DNA of 64,000 nt. Source: an uncultured delta proteobacterium. GTDB taxonomy: Bacteria; Desulfobacterota; Binatia; UBA9968. Both the position numbers and the translations under genes were made by a program. Below the pieces are notes generated by a model, which worked only from the letters and a program-made list of their open reading frames with translations, was not told the origin of the DNA and did not search any database. The stretch lies in contig CAVSLC010000012.1 in assembly GCA_963728565.1 (NCBI GenBank), positions 22,976-86,975 on the forward strand. Reading direction: 5' to 3'. Positions 42,795 through 52,650 of the stretch are shown here, one piece after another. How positions within the stretch are numbered: position 1 is the stretch's first letter; each line of letters opens with the position of its first letter.

Positions 42795-44343
42795 ATAGGT
42801 TCCATGCTCGACTGTGGATGCGTTCCAAAAGCAATCGCAAGTCCGGCTCGAGCCGTCGGTCTTCCTCGATAGCGGTAATGTCGTTCTCCAGATCGTGCAG
42901 CATTCTCTGTAGCGCCGGTTGCAGTTTCGCAGAGGGATTCAATCTGCGGCGAAGCCAGACACCCTGCCGGACTGTGATCAGCAGCGCCGCGACAACTTGC
43001 TCGGTCAATTCCAAGACGCGCAGGCAATCGCGTGCTGCGATCGTCCCCATGCTGACCTTGTCTTGATTGTGGCACTCGGTGGAACGCGAAAAGACCGAAG
43101 CCGGCATGGTCAGCTTTAACGCTTCCGCCGTCCATGCCGAAGCGCTGATCTGCAGCGCCTTGAGCCCATGATTAATCGCTAGACGCGGCCCCTCAATGCC
43201 GGACAGATTGGCGGGCAAGCCATTGTTGAAACGACTGTCCACCAGGAGCGCCATTTGCCGGTCGAGAAGATCGGCCAAATTAGCGACGGCGTTTTTCATG
43301 CTGTCCATTGCGAACGCAATGTGACCGCCATAGAAGTGACCACCGTACAGAACCCGTTCACCGGCCGCATCTATGATCGGATTGTCATTGGCGCTGTTCA
43401 GTTCGTTCTCGATCGACTCGCGCAGCCACGGTAAGGCATCGGCCAGCACGCCGATGACGTGGGGCGCACAGCGAATCGAATAGCGGTCCTGAAGGCGCCT
43501 GCCGTTGCGCGGTGGTTCGTCGCATAATAAATCCGCGCGCAGCCAAGCGGCTACCCGCTGCTGCCCCCGATGAGGTTTGACGGAGAATAGTGTTTCGTCA
43601 AAATGATAGGCATTGCCGTCTAGAGCGAACAGGGCAAGCGCGGTAACCCGAGTCACCAACCGGCCTAGATACTCGGCGCGGGAGTAAGCGAGACACGCTA
43701 AAGCCGTCATCACCGCGGTGCCATTCATGATCGCGAGAGCTTCCTTCGGCCGCAGCCTTAACGGCGCGATTCCGGCCTCAGCCAAAGCCACGGCCGCGGA
43801 TGCCGCAGCACCTTCCCGCCACACTTCCCCCTCACCACAGAGTACGGCAGCTAGATAAGAGAGCGGCGTCAGATCACCGCTGGCGCCGACTGACCCTTCG
43901 GATGGAATTCTCGGTAACAGATCGGCGTGCAGCAAGCGCACCATTTGCTCCAACAATTCGACACCAACACCGGAAAACCCTTTACACAAAGACGTCAAAC
44001 GGGTCGCAATCACTGCGCGGGTTTGCGCACCTGTGAGATACTCCCCGAGGCCGCAACCGTGATAAGTATAAAGGTGGCGCGGTAACTCGTCCGCTAATTC
44101 ACTCCCGACCGTCACCATGCATGAATCGCCAAAACCCGTTGTCACGCCGTAGATCCTGCCGTCTTCAAGTAGGAGCCGGTCGACAAATTCCGCGCCCCGG
44201 GCAATAGCCGAGCGGAACTCCGGCGCTTGAGACAATATGGGCCGGGCTGATCCGTTGGCAACATCAACGATGTCTTCGATCTTCACCCAATCCATGTTGA
44301 ATCGGATAGTGCGGATCGTTTTCTTGACGCCGATACTCTCCAT
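42787..44343 (-). CDS. MIO-dependent aromatic amino acid ammonia-lyase (HAL/PAL/TAL family)
   Basis: IYGVTTGFG, GSVGASGDL (MIO-forming ASG), QDRYSIRC, NDNP, HNQDKVSMG. Confidence 0.93.
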   Translation of the reverse strand: MESIGVKKTIRTIRFNMDWVKIEDIVDVANGSARPILSQAPEFRSAIARGAEFVDRLLLEDGRIYGVTTGFGDSCMVTVGSELADELPRHLYTYHGCGLGEYLTGAQTRAVIATRLTSLCKGFSGVGVELLEQMVRLLHADLLPRIPSEGSVGASGDLTPLSYLAAVLCGEGEVWREGAAASAAVALAEAGIAPLRLRPKEALAIMNGTAVMTALACLAYSRAEYLGRLVTRVTALALFALDGNAYHFDETLFSVKPHRGQQRVAAWLRADLLCDEPPRNGRRLQDRYSIRCAPHVIGVLADALPWLRESIENELNSANDNPIIDAAGERVLYGGHFYGGHIAFAMDSMKNAVANLADLLDRQMALLVDSRFNNGLPANLSGIEGPRLAINHGLKALQISASAWTAEALKLTMPASVFSRSTECHNQDKVSMGTIAARDCLRVLELTEQVVAALLITVRQGVWLRRRLNPSAKLQPALQRMLHDLENDITAIEEDRRLEPDLRLLLERIHSRAWNLYE

Positions 44344-45300
44344 TCAATTGTCCACGGTGGCCAGGCTCCAGAAATCGTAAAAGTTAAACCATTGTAGCGG
44401 CGCGCGCCGACAGAAATGTTCAAGTCGCCGGGCATACTCTGTCGCCACCTGAGCAAGCGCCTGATCACGACCTTTGCGCGGCAAACGGATGGCCTGATGA
44501 AATAGTTCGAAGTGAATTTCCGCCGTGACTCCGTGACTCATGGAAAACATCAAATACACCGGGCATTGGAACAAGTTTGCAAGAACGTACGGTCCGATCG
44601 GAAACGGCGCCACCGTTCCGAGAAACTCGGCCAGGGCGACACGCGGATGGGGTGATACCGGAATGCGGTCGCCGGCTATAGCGACAAATTCTCCCTGGGC
44701 CACTTTCCTTGCGAGAACAATTGCCGTGGCCGGCGAAAGTTCCGTGACCTGCATGAGATCCACCTGACTCTCGGGATTAAGATGCGCCAGCAGCCGATTG
44801 AATCGCTGCGCGTGTTTGGTATGGATCAGCACTGTCAATTTGAGACCGGGTAGCTGTTTGGAAAGGAAACGGCTTAATTCCAAATTTCCCAGGTGACAAC
44901 AAATCAGCAAACCACCGCTTTGCGCGGCGGTTTGCGCCATGATCAACTCCTTACCGACGAATTTCACCTGATCAGTTTCATACAAGCCGCTCCACAGGAG
45001 CATCTTTTCGAGAATGCTTTCGGCAAAGCAGGCAAAGTGGCGGAAGACGCTGAAGACACCCGGTTTAAGAATTACTTCCCCTCCGGACTGCGCCAATCGC
45101 CTCAAGTAGTCTGTGGATGCAGCCCTGGCTGCAGGTCGGGTCATCATGTACCACAGCACCACCGGATAAAGCGCAGCCCGCAACGGCCATCGTCCGAAAA
45201 CGCGAATAATCCAAAACAACAGGTAAATCCCGGCGACGAAGCTGCACTCATTGATCTGAGCCCAGTGCCGTATACGGCGACCGGCAATGATTTGGCTCAT
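44344..45300 (-). CDS. LpxL-like acyltransferase (equivalent of the C-terminal half of ApeJ)
   Basis: HLGNLE, IAGDR, PLQWFNFYDFW; ATG overlaps the GT2 stop (ATGA). Confidence 0.85.
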   Translation of the reverse strand: MSQIIAGRRIRHWAQINECSFVAGIYLLFWIIRVFGRWPLRAALYPVVLWYMMTRPAARAASTDYLRRLAQSGGEVILKPGVFSVFRHFACFAESILEKMLLWSGLYETDQVKFVGKELIMAQTAAQSGGLLICCHLGNLELSRFLSKQLPGLKLTVLIHTKHAQRFNRLLAHLNPESQVDLMQVTELSPATAIVLARKVAQGEFVAIAGDRIPVSPHPRVALAEFLGTVAPFPIGPYVLANLFQCPVYLMFSMSHGVTAEIHFELFHQAIRLPRKGRDQALAQVATEYARRLEHFCRRAPLQWFNFYDFWSLATVDN

Positions 45301-46037
45301 CGTCCGCTCCACTTGCGGGCAATCAATATGGGCAGACGCAGCAACATTCCAAAAAACAACGTTGCGTGCATACGCGAGAGCAGCGCATTATCCATGAAGC
45401 CGCGGAAATGCGAGATTCCATCCGCCGGATAAATGACCGGGGTGGAGACATTGAGAATCTGCAGCCCATCCCAATATAGCCTGACCAGCACTTCGGTATC
45501 GAAGTCCATCCGTGTGCCCAACCTGATCCGTTGATCGAGCGCGATCACCGGACCGAGAGGATAGACGCGGAAGCCGCACATCGAATCTTTGATTTCTCGG
45601 GACAAGGTATTGATCGAAACCCAGATGGTGGTCAAGTAACGAGCATAGAGCCGCAACACCGGCACGGTGCTATCGTACTCCGGGTACCCGACAATCAGCG
45701 CGTCAGGATGCGCCAAGGCTTGCTCAAGAAAACGTGGAATATCCGCAATCCGGTGCTGCCCATCGGCATCGACTTGCACCGCGTGGGTATAACCCGCCTC
45801 AGCCGCATATCGCAGTCCGGTGAGCACAGCGCCGCCCTTGCCGCGATTGATCGGATGACGCAGCAAAGTGATATGCGGAGACGTTAGGGCGATCTCATTC
45901 AGCGCGCCGGAGCACTTGTTCGAGCTCCCGTCATCGACGAGCACGCATGGGAGATTTTGGGTAAGAACTGCCCCGACCGCCGCGCTCACTGGTCCCTCGT
46001 GGTCAAAGACGGGAATCACGACGCACGGGTTAAACAT
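45297..46037 (-). CDS. GT2 glycosyltransferase (equivalent of the N-terminal half of ApeJ)
   Basis: VVIPVFDH, LVDDGS, NRGKGGAV, QVDADGQH, DSMCGFRVYP. Confidence 0.9.
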   Translation of the reverse strand: MFNPCVVIPVFDHEGPVSAAVGAVLTQNLPCVLVDDGSSNKCSGALNEIALTSPHITLLRHPINRGKGGAVLTGLRYAAEAGYTHAVQVDADGQHRIADIPRFLEQALAHPDALIVGYPEYDSTVPVLRLYARYLTTIWVSINTLSREIKDSMCGFRVYPLGPVIALDQRIRLGTRMDFDTEVLVRLYWDGLQILNVSTPVIYPADGISHFRGFMDNALLSRMHATLFFGMLLRLPILIARKWSGR

Positions 46038-47758
46038 CGCCTGCTCTAAAGATAATTCGCCCGCTGGCATGCTTCCCCAGGCGAGAGCTGATGTTGAAAG
46101 ATAAACATGACATCAACGGATCATGCATCAGTTCGAGCGTGATCGGCAATTTCGGCGAAATCACCCGGTGAAATTTCAGCGCGTGTATGGCACGAAAGAA
46201 GGGTGGCAAATCAAAGCATCGCCGACCAAAGCCAATGATCCATTCGATCTGGACCACACCGGCGAGGATCGGCATGTCACGGAAATGTCCGTCGAAGTAG
46301 AGCAAATCACTTGGTGCGACTAACTCAAAGACGGCGTGCTGATCGCTTTGATGCACTCGGCATTCGATGGGTTGTCTCGGACGGCTATCCCAATTATCAA
46401 ATAACGCGAGGAGCGCGGCCTGGGTAGTCTTGCCCTGTGCGTCAATCGGCAGAGCATCGACGTAGCGCCAAAGTCGTGGCAAGCCCACCGGTTCAATGGT
46501 CTCGCGCAGAAAATCGCGCAGCATGCGATTAAAAACCAGCTTGCCAAGTTGCGCCAATCTGTCGCGCCCGCTTACCGACGGCACAATGACAGCGGCAACT
46601 CGTTGACGACGACCATCGAGAACCAGGGCTCTGGCGTCGCTCGCCAGCGGCGATGCTGTTAGGCGCGCTTCAATGGCGTTCAGTGAAATCCGCTTGCCTT
46701 CGACTTTGACAATTCGATCAACACGCCCCATGAGAATGAAATGGTCTTCTCCGGCGGGTCTCGCCCGATCAGCAGTTCGAAACCACTCTTCATCCGGTAA
46801 ATGAGTTGAACGAACTTCGAGCACGCCTGCCTGGACGTCGATGCGCCATTTGATGTTTGGCAGAGGGGTCCATTTTTCGTCGTGTACCGTCTGTTGCTGG
46901 CGCCATGCGATACCGCCGGTTTCAGAACTGCCGTAAATCTCAATCGGCATGTGCCTGAGTAATCGCCTAGTTTCGCGGGCGACCGCCACCGGTAAAGGGC
47001 CGCCGGATGAAAAAACTGCTCGAAGCCGTTTTGCAGCAAGCGCCCAAAGCGAACTCTCTGGTAATCTTTGCAAATGAGCAGGGGTTGAAACCAAAACGCT
47101 TTCACGTTGGGCGAGCGCCATCGTCAATCCCTCTAAAGAACCGAAATTTATGGCGGCAAAAGCGCGTCCGGAGCTAAGCGGCCACAAAACATTAAACAGC
47201 AATCCATAAATATGCTGATGCGAGACGGTGGCGACAATGTCGGCGTTATCGATAAGATCGCCGAACTGGGCCTCAAGAGTGGCTATCTCAGCCGACATCT
47301 GGGAGAGCTTTTTCGGTATTGCTTGCGCCACACCGGTGCTGCCGGAAGTATAGATAACTAATCCAGCAAAGTTTGAGTCCAGAGGCTTCAACTCAGCGGC
47401 AGCCGCCAATCCGTCCGCGGATGTCGGCATCCTGGGCTTCCATTCGGGCGCAAATTCGCCCAAATAGCCATCGACGATTGTACGCAATGCGCAGCAGGTA
47501 CGTGGCAGGCGATCACCCGGCAGATAAATCGTTTTTCTTGCCTGCCAAGCGCCGAACAGGGCGGCGGCAAACTCTGCGGCATCGCTGATAGAAAGAGCGA
47601 AGGTTTGCCCCGAGGTTCGAGTCAAAAACCGCTGCCATGCGCGAGTTCGATCCAAAAATTCTCCGATAGCTTACGGATCGCTGATGCCGCCATGCGATGA
47701 TTTGGCTGGGCGGGCGCGGCGTGACAGCGACACGCAACATGTCTGGCGCTTCAGCCAT
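46030..47758 (-). CDS. AMP-dependent acyl-ACP synthetase fused to a dehydratase-like domain (ApeH-ApeI-like); frameshift near 47665
   Basis: YTSGSTG, YGSSETGG, GRVDRIVKVEGKR; C-terminal YFDGHFRDMPILAGVVQIEW. N-terminus MAEAPD is in ORF 47513-47758. Confidence 0.87.
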
Positions 47759-48302
47759 TGAGTCGCCGCTTGAAGTTACAGCGAATCCGATATTCGCCAG
47801 CGAAGAGAACTCCCATCAGCAGATAAGCTACAAACCCGTTGTAAAGTGACCAGGTGGCCGCAGAGGCCCACAGCGCAGTGACAAGCGCGATCCCGCCGTT
47901 CAGGGCAAAGAAAACGCACCAGACCTGTGTCACACGCCGGGTATAAGTGACGCTCTGTGGCGTTAGATCGGGCTCCAGCCGGCGTGCCAACTGCTCGACC
48001 ATAGATGGAGGAACAAGAAGGCTATAAGTGAAAACGCTTAGCATTGCTGCATTCACCAACACAGGATAAAGTTTTAGCGTCAGGAAATGATTTCCCCACA
48101 AAGCAATAAGAGAAAGCAACAGCGTCCCCACCAGCCAACCGATTCCGGCAACACCGGCTCTCATCCCAGGCAATCTCATGAAACCGGCAAGTAGTAGCAG
48201 GCCGGCGAGAAACCGGGGTTCGACTTGCCCATGACCCAACCAGATGGCGAAAGGGTAGAGAACCATGATGGACAGAGACCATAACGTTGAGAGGCGACGC
48301 AC
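47751..48302 (-). CDS. COG4648-like membrane protein (ApeG-like)
   Basis: LYPVLVN, YTRRVTQVW, WSLYNG; follows the two ACPs. Confidence 0.82.
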   Translation of the reverse strand: MRRLSTLWSLSIMVLYPFAIWLGHGQVEPRFLAGLLLLAGFMRLPGMRAGVAGIGWLVGTLLLSLIALWGNHFLTLKLYPVLVNAAMLSVFTYSLLVPPSMVEQLARRLEPDLTPQSVTYTRRVTQVWCVFFALNGGIALVTALWASAATWSLYNGFVAYLLMGVLFAGEYRIRCNFKRRLNG

Positions 48303-48305
48303 CTG

Positions 48306-48575
48306 CTATTTCACGAGCAGGCCGGCGAGAGCGTTTACGACGTCCTGAACCGTGCGAACGCTTTTAAACACTTCTGGTTGCAGCCGCTTGCCGGTAAGTT
48401 GCTTGAGTTTGACGGCGAGATCGACAGCATCGATGCTGTCGATGTCCAGATCCGTGTACAAGTTCGCTTCACCGGTGATCTTCGCCTTATCCAGGTCGAA
48501 CATTTCATGCAATAGATCGACTAACCACGGGTAAATCTCTTCCTTGCTGGCTGGGCTTGCCGGAGTCATATCCAT
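48306..48575 (-). CDS. Acyl carrier protein (ApeF-like)
   Basis: DLDIDSIDAVDL with the Ppant serine. Confidence 0.92.
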   Translation of the reverse strand: MDMTPASPASKEEIYPWLVDLLHEMFDLDKAKITGEANLYTDLDIDSIDAVDLAVKLKQLTGKRLQPEVFKSVRTVQDVVNALAGLLVK

Positions 48576-48579
48576 TCCC

Positions 48580-48840
48580 TCATTTTTTACGATTGCTGCC
48601 GATCATACGTCCAAGCGCGCGCACGGACGCGAAGTGCCGGCGCGTATCATCCGAATCGGCCGGCAGCGTAACCCCATAACGCTTGTGGATGGCAACCCCG
48701 AGTTCGAGAGCGTCGATAGAATCCAATCCGAGTCCATCGACAAACAAAGGCGCATCTGCGTCGATATCGGCAGGCGTAACGTCTTCGAGCTGAAGAACAT
48801 CGATAATCATTTGTTTGATTTCATCATCATCCGATTGCAT
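48580..48840 (-). CDS. Acyl carrier protein (ApeE-like)
   Basis: GLGLDSIDALELG with the Ppant serine. Confidence 0.92.
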   Translation of the reverse strand: MQSDDDEIKQMIIDVLQLEDVTPADIDADAPLFVDGLGLDSIDALELGVAIHKRYGVTLPADSDDTRRHFASVRALGRMIGSNRKK

Positions 48841-49599
48841 GGGACGGCTGTTCCTTCGTAAAGTAATCCTGCAGATAATCCGTTAACTGCCGGACGGCCA
48901 AAAGCTCACTACCGGTGCGAGTGATAAAGGGCTGCACGTCTATGTCTTCTTTAACCGCGATAGTGAAGCGCGACGGATGATGCGGTAAGCGCCACCACTT
49001 TTGTCCCTTGGCTAACATCGGCGGCGCGCAGCGTATAAGCACTGGAGTAATATTGCACAAGCCTCTTACCGCGATATTGGCCGCGCCCCGTTTGAGAACG
49101 ATCGGGCCATTGTTCGGCGTGCGCGTGCCCTCAGGAAAAATTATCAGATTGCCGCCACGGCGAATCGCAGCAACACAGTCTTCGATCAGTTGGACGCCAT
49201 GATCGTCATTTCGGACATAAGCGGCGGCACGAACAGTCGAATGTGTAAACGGATTGCGCCAAAGGCCGCTCTTGACGATGCAGTCCGCGCCCTTGACGAA
49301 AGCCATTAGAAAAACGATGTCGATCAACGTCGGGTGGTTGGCCAGAATTAGCAGTCCGTTTCGCTTCAATCGTTCTATTCCGGTGATCTCATAACGGAAC
49401 ACACCCATAATCCGCATTAGCCCGACGATGCAGCGGAAACTAAAACTAATCGCATGACGCGCGAGCATCGAACGCAGCTTGTGGTTTATGAATAACGATA
49501 TTGAGCACCGGAAACATGAAGACTCCGCCAACTCCCACCGCGACAAAACTCGACGCCGGTGCCGAAGACACGCCACCAACGGACGATACTATTCAGCAT
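48827..49599 (-). CDS. Lysophospholipid (PlsC-like) acyltransferase (ApeD-like); frameshifts near the 5' end
   Basis: ANHPTLID, IFPEGTR. N-terminus MLNSIVRWWRVFGTG starts at 49599 in another frame. Confidence 0.87.
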
Positions 49600-50350
49600 G
49601 ACGAGACCAGAGCCAGCGGCGCTTATTGCAAACCCGCTCTAACACTGAATCCTTGCGCAAGTAAAAACGCAGAACCTCTAATCCACCGGGCGAGCGTTTA
49701 CCCCGAAAAGGACACACGTCCGTACCAGCCTCCCAGCGGAGCGACAACATCTCCTCAGCCGCCGGTTCCATTAACCATGCCCAAGCGTAGGGTTGCTCAT
49801 CACAATCTTCGAATTCGGTATACAAAGCTGGTAGAGGGCAGTCATAAACAACCAACAGAACCGCCGGCGCACCCTCCGAAATCAATCCGCAAGCTTCAAT
49901 GACAGCATGTTCGACACTGCTGGTCCCCGCAGCCAAAGCCATATTCGGCGCTCGGTCGCCGCGTGCAATGGAAAAAAGACCACCCGCCGCGTTGTGAACC
50001 GACAAACTAAAGGAGGTGGGAGAAAGCGGCAGCCCGCGAGCCAGATCCAAAAGCAGATCAGCGGAGCGCGAGGTCTCACCATGTCGGGAGCTGAATACCG
50101 TTGGAACATCAGTTCTGGCGCCGAGACATTGATAAGCGACCTCCAGCGCCATTTTTCCGAGAAAACCAGCCCGCCGCCGTAATATCGACGGCATGGGTCG
50201 GATCGATGGGGTTGATCTACCTGCGATGCGCCGATCATCGAAAGCCCAGGCCAACCACTCATCGCGCGTTTCGATATGCGGAGCCCATGCGGCAGAGGAT
50301 GCAACTGAAAAGCAGATACCTTCAAAAGTTACAGGGGGTAGCTGTCCCAT
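49589..50350 (-). CDS. Beta-ketoacyl synthase chain-length factor (ApeC-like)
   Basis: LRRRAG, VFSSRHGE, SPTSFSLSVHNA; first gene of the operon. Confidence 0.87.
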   Translation of the reverse strand: MGQLPPVTFEGICFSVASSAAWAPHIETRDEWLAWAFDDRRIAGRSTPSIRPMPSILRRRAGFLGKMALEVAYQCLGARTDVPTVFSSRHGETSRSADLLLDLARGLPLSPTSFSLSVHNAAGGLFSIARGDRAPNMALAAGTSSVEHAVIEACGLISEGAPAVLLVVYDCPLPALYTEFEDCDEQPYAWAWLMEPAAEEMLSLRWEAGTDVCPFRGKRSPGGLEVLRFYLRKDSVLERVCNKRRWLWSRHAE

Positions 50351-50651
50351 CTTCGTTCCGCCCCATTATAGGCGAACAAATAACATCGATGTACAAAAAT
50401 CTTCGTGAACGAGCCGGCGCTTACAAATTGCAAGCAATCAGGAAAAGATTGCCAGAGCCCCGACTTGGTAAATATCTTCAGGGATCACGAGGATCTTAAG
50501 CAGATGACCGGACGGAATACGGATTAGTGAACGCAAATATCGGCACGTTTCGAGGTATACGATAGAGTGGGTTCAGGTCTGACAGGACAAATACAAGTAC
50601 CAAGGCTTGAGCGTAGCGAGTTAACTGTCCACTACCTCAAACGCTCTGATC

Positions 50652-50687
50652 AAAAAAAGACGAGATGCCGACTAGGACATCTCGTCT
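50652..50687 (-). terminator. Rho-independent terminator after the 50722-51069 gene
   Basis: Stem AGACGAGATG/CATCTCGTCT with an A7 tract on the left (U-tract on the minus strand). Confidence 0.75.
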
Positions 50688-50721
50688 AAAAGCAATGCAG
50701 GAGATACCGGGGGACTACCGG

Positions 50722-51069
50722 TTATTCGCCGTAGTCTCTTGCAACCTGGGACGGTCTGACAATCCAAGACCCGGTACAAGAGCGTCGGGCCGTTTCGCCG
50801 ATGTCTCTGCCGTTGGTACCGCCGTCATAGTGCCCCTCCACGCCGAAGGTACCCGCGTACGCAACAGCGGAGGTCACCTGAGTCCCGGCACATGTTACTG
50901 CCTTGAATGGCACATGCAGGGTGGTGAAAACAATGCTGCCGAGAACGCTAAAGAACCCCGGCCGAGCCGTTCGCTCATTTGCCTGTTGCGCCCTGCTGAT
51001 GCTTGGCGTAGCGGCAAAGCTGAGTAGCAAAATAGCGGCGATCAATACTGAATACTTTTTATCCTTCAT
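50722..51069 (-). CDS. Hypothetical secreted protein
   Basis: GAAAGG RBS, signal peptide MKDKKYSVLIAAILLLSFAA, two Cys, downstream terminator. Confidence 0.65.
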   Translation of the reverse strand: MKDKKYSVLIAAILLLSFAATPSISRAQQANERTARPGFFSVLGSIVFTTLHVPFKAVTCAGTQVTSAVAYAGTFGVEGHYDGGTNGRDIGETARRSCTGSWIVRPSQVARDYGE

Positions 51070-51236
51070 GGCGGTGCACCTTTCTATGGCTGCCATTTTG
51101 GCTTCCTCTTCAGCGCACGTCAAGCAGAGAAGGATCTCCGCGCGCAGATTTTCGAGGTGTCAGAGACAATTGATGACAAAAGATGTCACGGGAAATACTC
51201 AAAAGCAGAAAAAAATACCTGACCGGTTTTTCGGAA

Positions 51237-51965
51237 TTAACAATTATCGACGACAGCTCTGGCCTCTAGCAGGGTGAAAGCTCGCGCATACAAGGCCCTG
51301 CCGATCACGACCCCTTCCACTCCTTCATTTTTAAGCGGAGCTATCGTTCTGAGATCTTCCAGGCTCGCTACGCCGCCTGACGCAATGATGGGAATCGTTA
51401 CCGCGCGCGCAATCGTCAGCGTCTCGTCGACATTGACGCCACCACTCGTACCATCGCGGCTGATATCCGTGTAAATGATTCGCGAGGCGCCGGCTTGCTC
51501 ACAGCGTTTGGCTAGCTCGACGGCATCCATCGCAGTCGTTTCCTTCCAGCCTTTGACGGCGACTTTGCCTTTGCGCGCGTCGATACCGACAACAATGCGG
51601 CCGGGGAATTTTTCACACAGGAAACGTAGAAAGCCGGCATCATTGTAGGCTGCAGTGCCGATCACCACTCTAGTAACCCCAAGCGCGAAGGCTGCTTCGA
51701 CAGCCTCCAATGATCTAAGCCCGCCGCCGAATTCCACTGCCAACCTAGTCTCCCGGCATATTGCCTCGACCTGCCGCGTATGAACCGGCCGGCCTTCGAC
51801 CGCCCCATCCAAGTCGACGATGTGAATCATCGACGCGCCTTCGTCGAGCCAATGCCGCGCCGCCTCCAACGGATCTTCAAAGTAAACTGTTTCCTGGTCC
51901 ATTTCGCCTTGGAACAAACGCACACAACGGCCGTGTTTAAGATCGATCGCCGGAATAATGATCAT
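51237..51965 (-). CDS. hisA: ProFAR isomerase
   Basis: IIPAIDL, HIVDLDGA, GGGLRS, YTDISRDG, IASGGV. Confidence 0.96.
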   Translation of the reverse strand: MIIIPAIDLKHGRCVRLFQGEMDQETVYFEDPLEAARHWLDEGASMIHIVDLDGAVEGRPVHTRQVEAICRETRLAVEFGGGLRSLEAVEAAFALGVTRVVIGTAAYNDAGFLRFLCEKFPGRIVVGIDARKGKVAVKGWKETTAMDAVELAKRCEQAGASRIIYTDISRDGTSGGVNVDETLTIARAVTIPIIASGGVASLEDLRTIAPLKNEGVEGVVIGRALYARAFTLLEARAVVDNC

Positions 51966-51968
51966 GAG

Positions 51969-52586
51969 TTAATTAGAAGCGGCGAAGCGGCCGAAGTTCG
52001 AAAGAATCCGCAGGCCGATTTCCTGACTCTTCTCCGGATGAAATTGGCAGGCAAAAAGCGAATCCGTAGCGATGCTGGAAACAAATGGGCTGCCATATTC
52101 GGTGTCGGTAGCTATCACCGAAGCGTCTTCCGGAACGACATAGAATGAGTGGACAAAGTAGACAAATTCACCGCTGGGAACTCCCTCCAAAAAAGCTGAA
52201 TCTTTTTTCTTATGGAGGCTGTTCCAACCCATGTGCGGTACCTTGAGGCTGCCTTTAGAATGGAAACCAACGACTTTGCCGGCAAACAAATCGAGCCCTT
52301 TCTGTCTGCCGAATTCTTCACTTTCTGAAAACAGTAATTGGAATCCTAAGCAAATACCCAAGAACGGCTTTCCGCGCCGGACAATGCCGCAAATGGGCTC
52401 TATCAGACCAAATCGGCCAAGATTTTCCATGCAGGCGCTGAAAGCGCCAACGCCGGGTAAGACTACGCCGCGAGCGGACTCGATCTGGCCGGCGTCGCGC
52501 GTGACCATGGCCTGGCAACCTACTCGCTCGAACGCCTTCTGAACGCTACGCAGGTTGCCCATACCGTAATCAATAATCGCAATCAT
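51969..52586 (-). CDS. hisH: Imidazole glycerol phosphate synthase, glutaminase subunit
   Basis: IDYGMGNLRS, LGICLG, QFHPEKS. Confidence 0.96.
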   Translation of the reverse strand: MIAIIDYGMGNLRSVQKAFERVGCQAMVTRDAGQIESARGVVLPGVGAFSACMENLGRFGLIEPICGIVRRGKPFLGICLGFQLLFSESEEFGRQKGLDLFAGKVVGFHSKGSLKVPHMGWNSLHKKKDSAFLEGVPSGEFVYFVHSFYVVPEDASVIATDTEYGSPFVSSIATDSLFACQFHPEKSQEIGLRILSNFGRFAASN

Positions 52587-52650
52587 AGACTTTTTCTCTG
52601 CTCATTTATCGGATCTGACGATCTAGACCCTGAACGAGTTGACGTTCTAA

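Larger units (their letters stand above)
32592..50350 (-). other. Aryl polyene (APE)-type biosynthetic gene cluster, 19 co-oriented genes
   Basis: Order CLF-AT-ACP-ACP-COG4648-synthetase/DH-GT2-AT-ammonia lyase-TE-LolA-MMPL-FAD oxidoreductase-DUF3261-KS-DH-KR-KS-YbjQ-like-PPTase follows the established apeC-apeR order. Confidence 0.9.
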
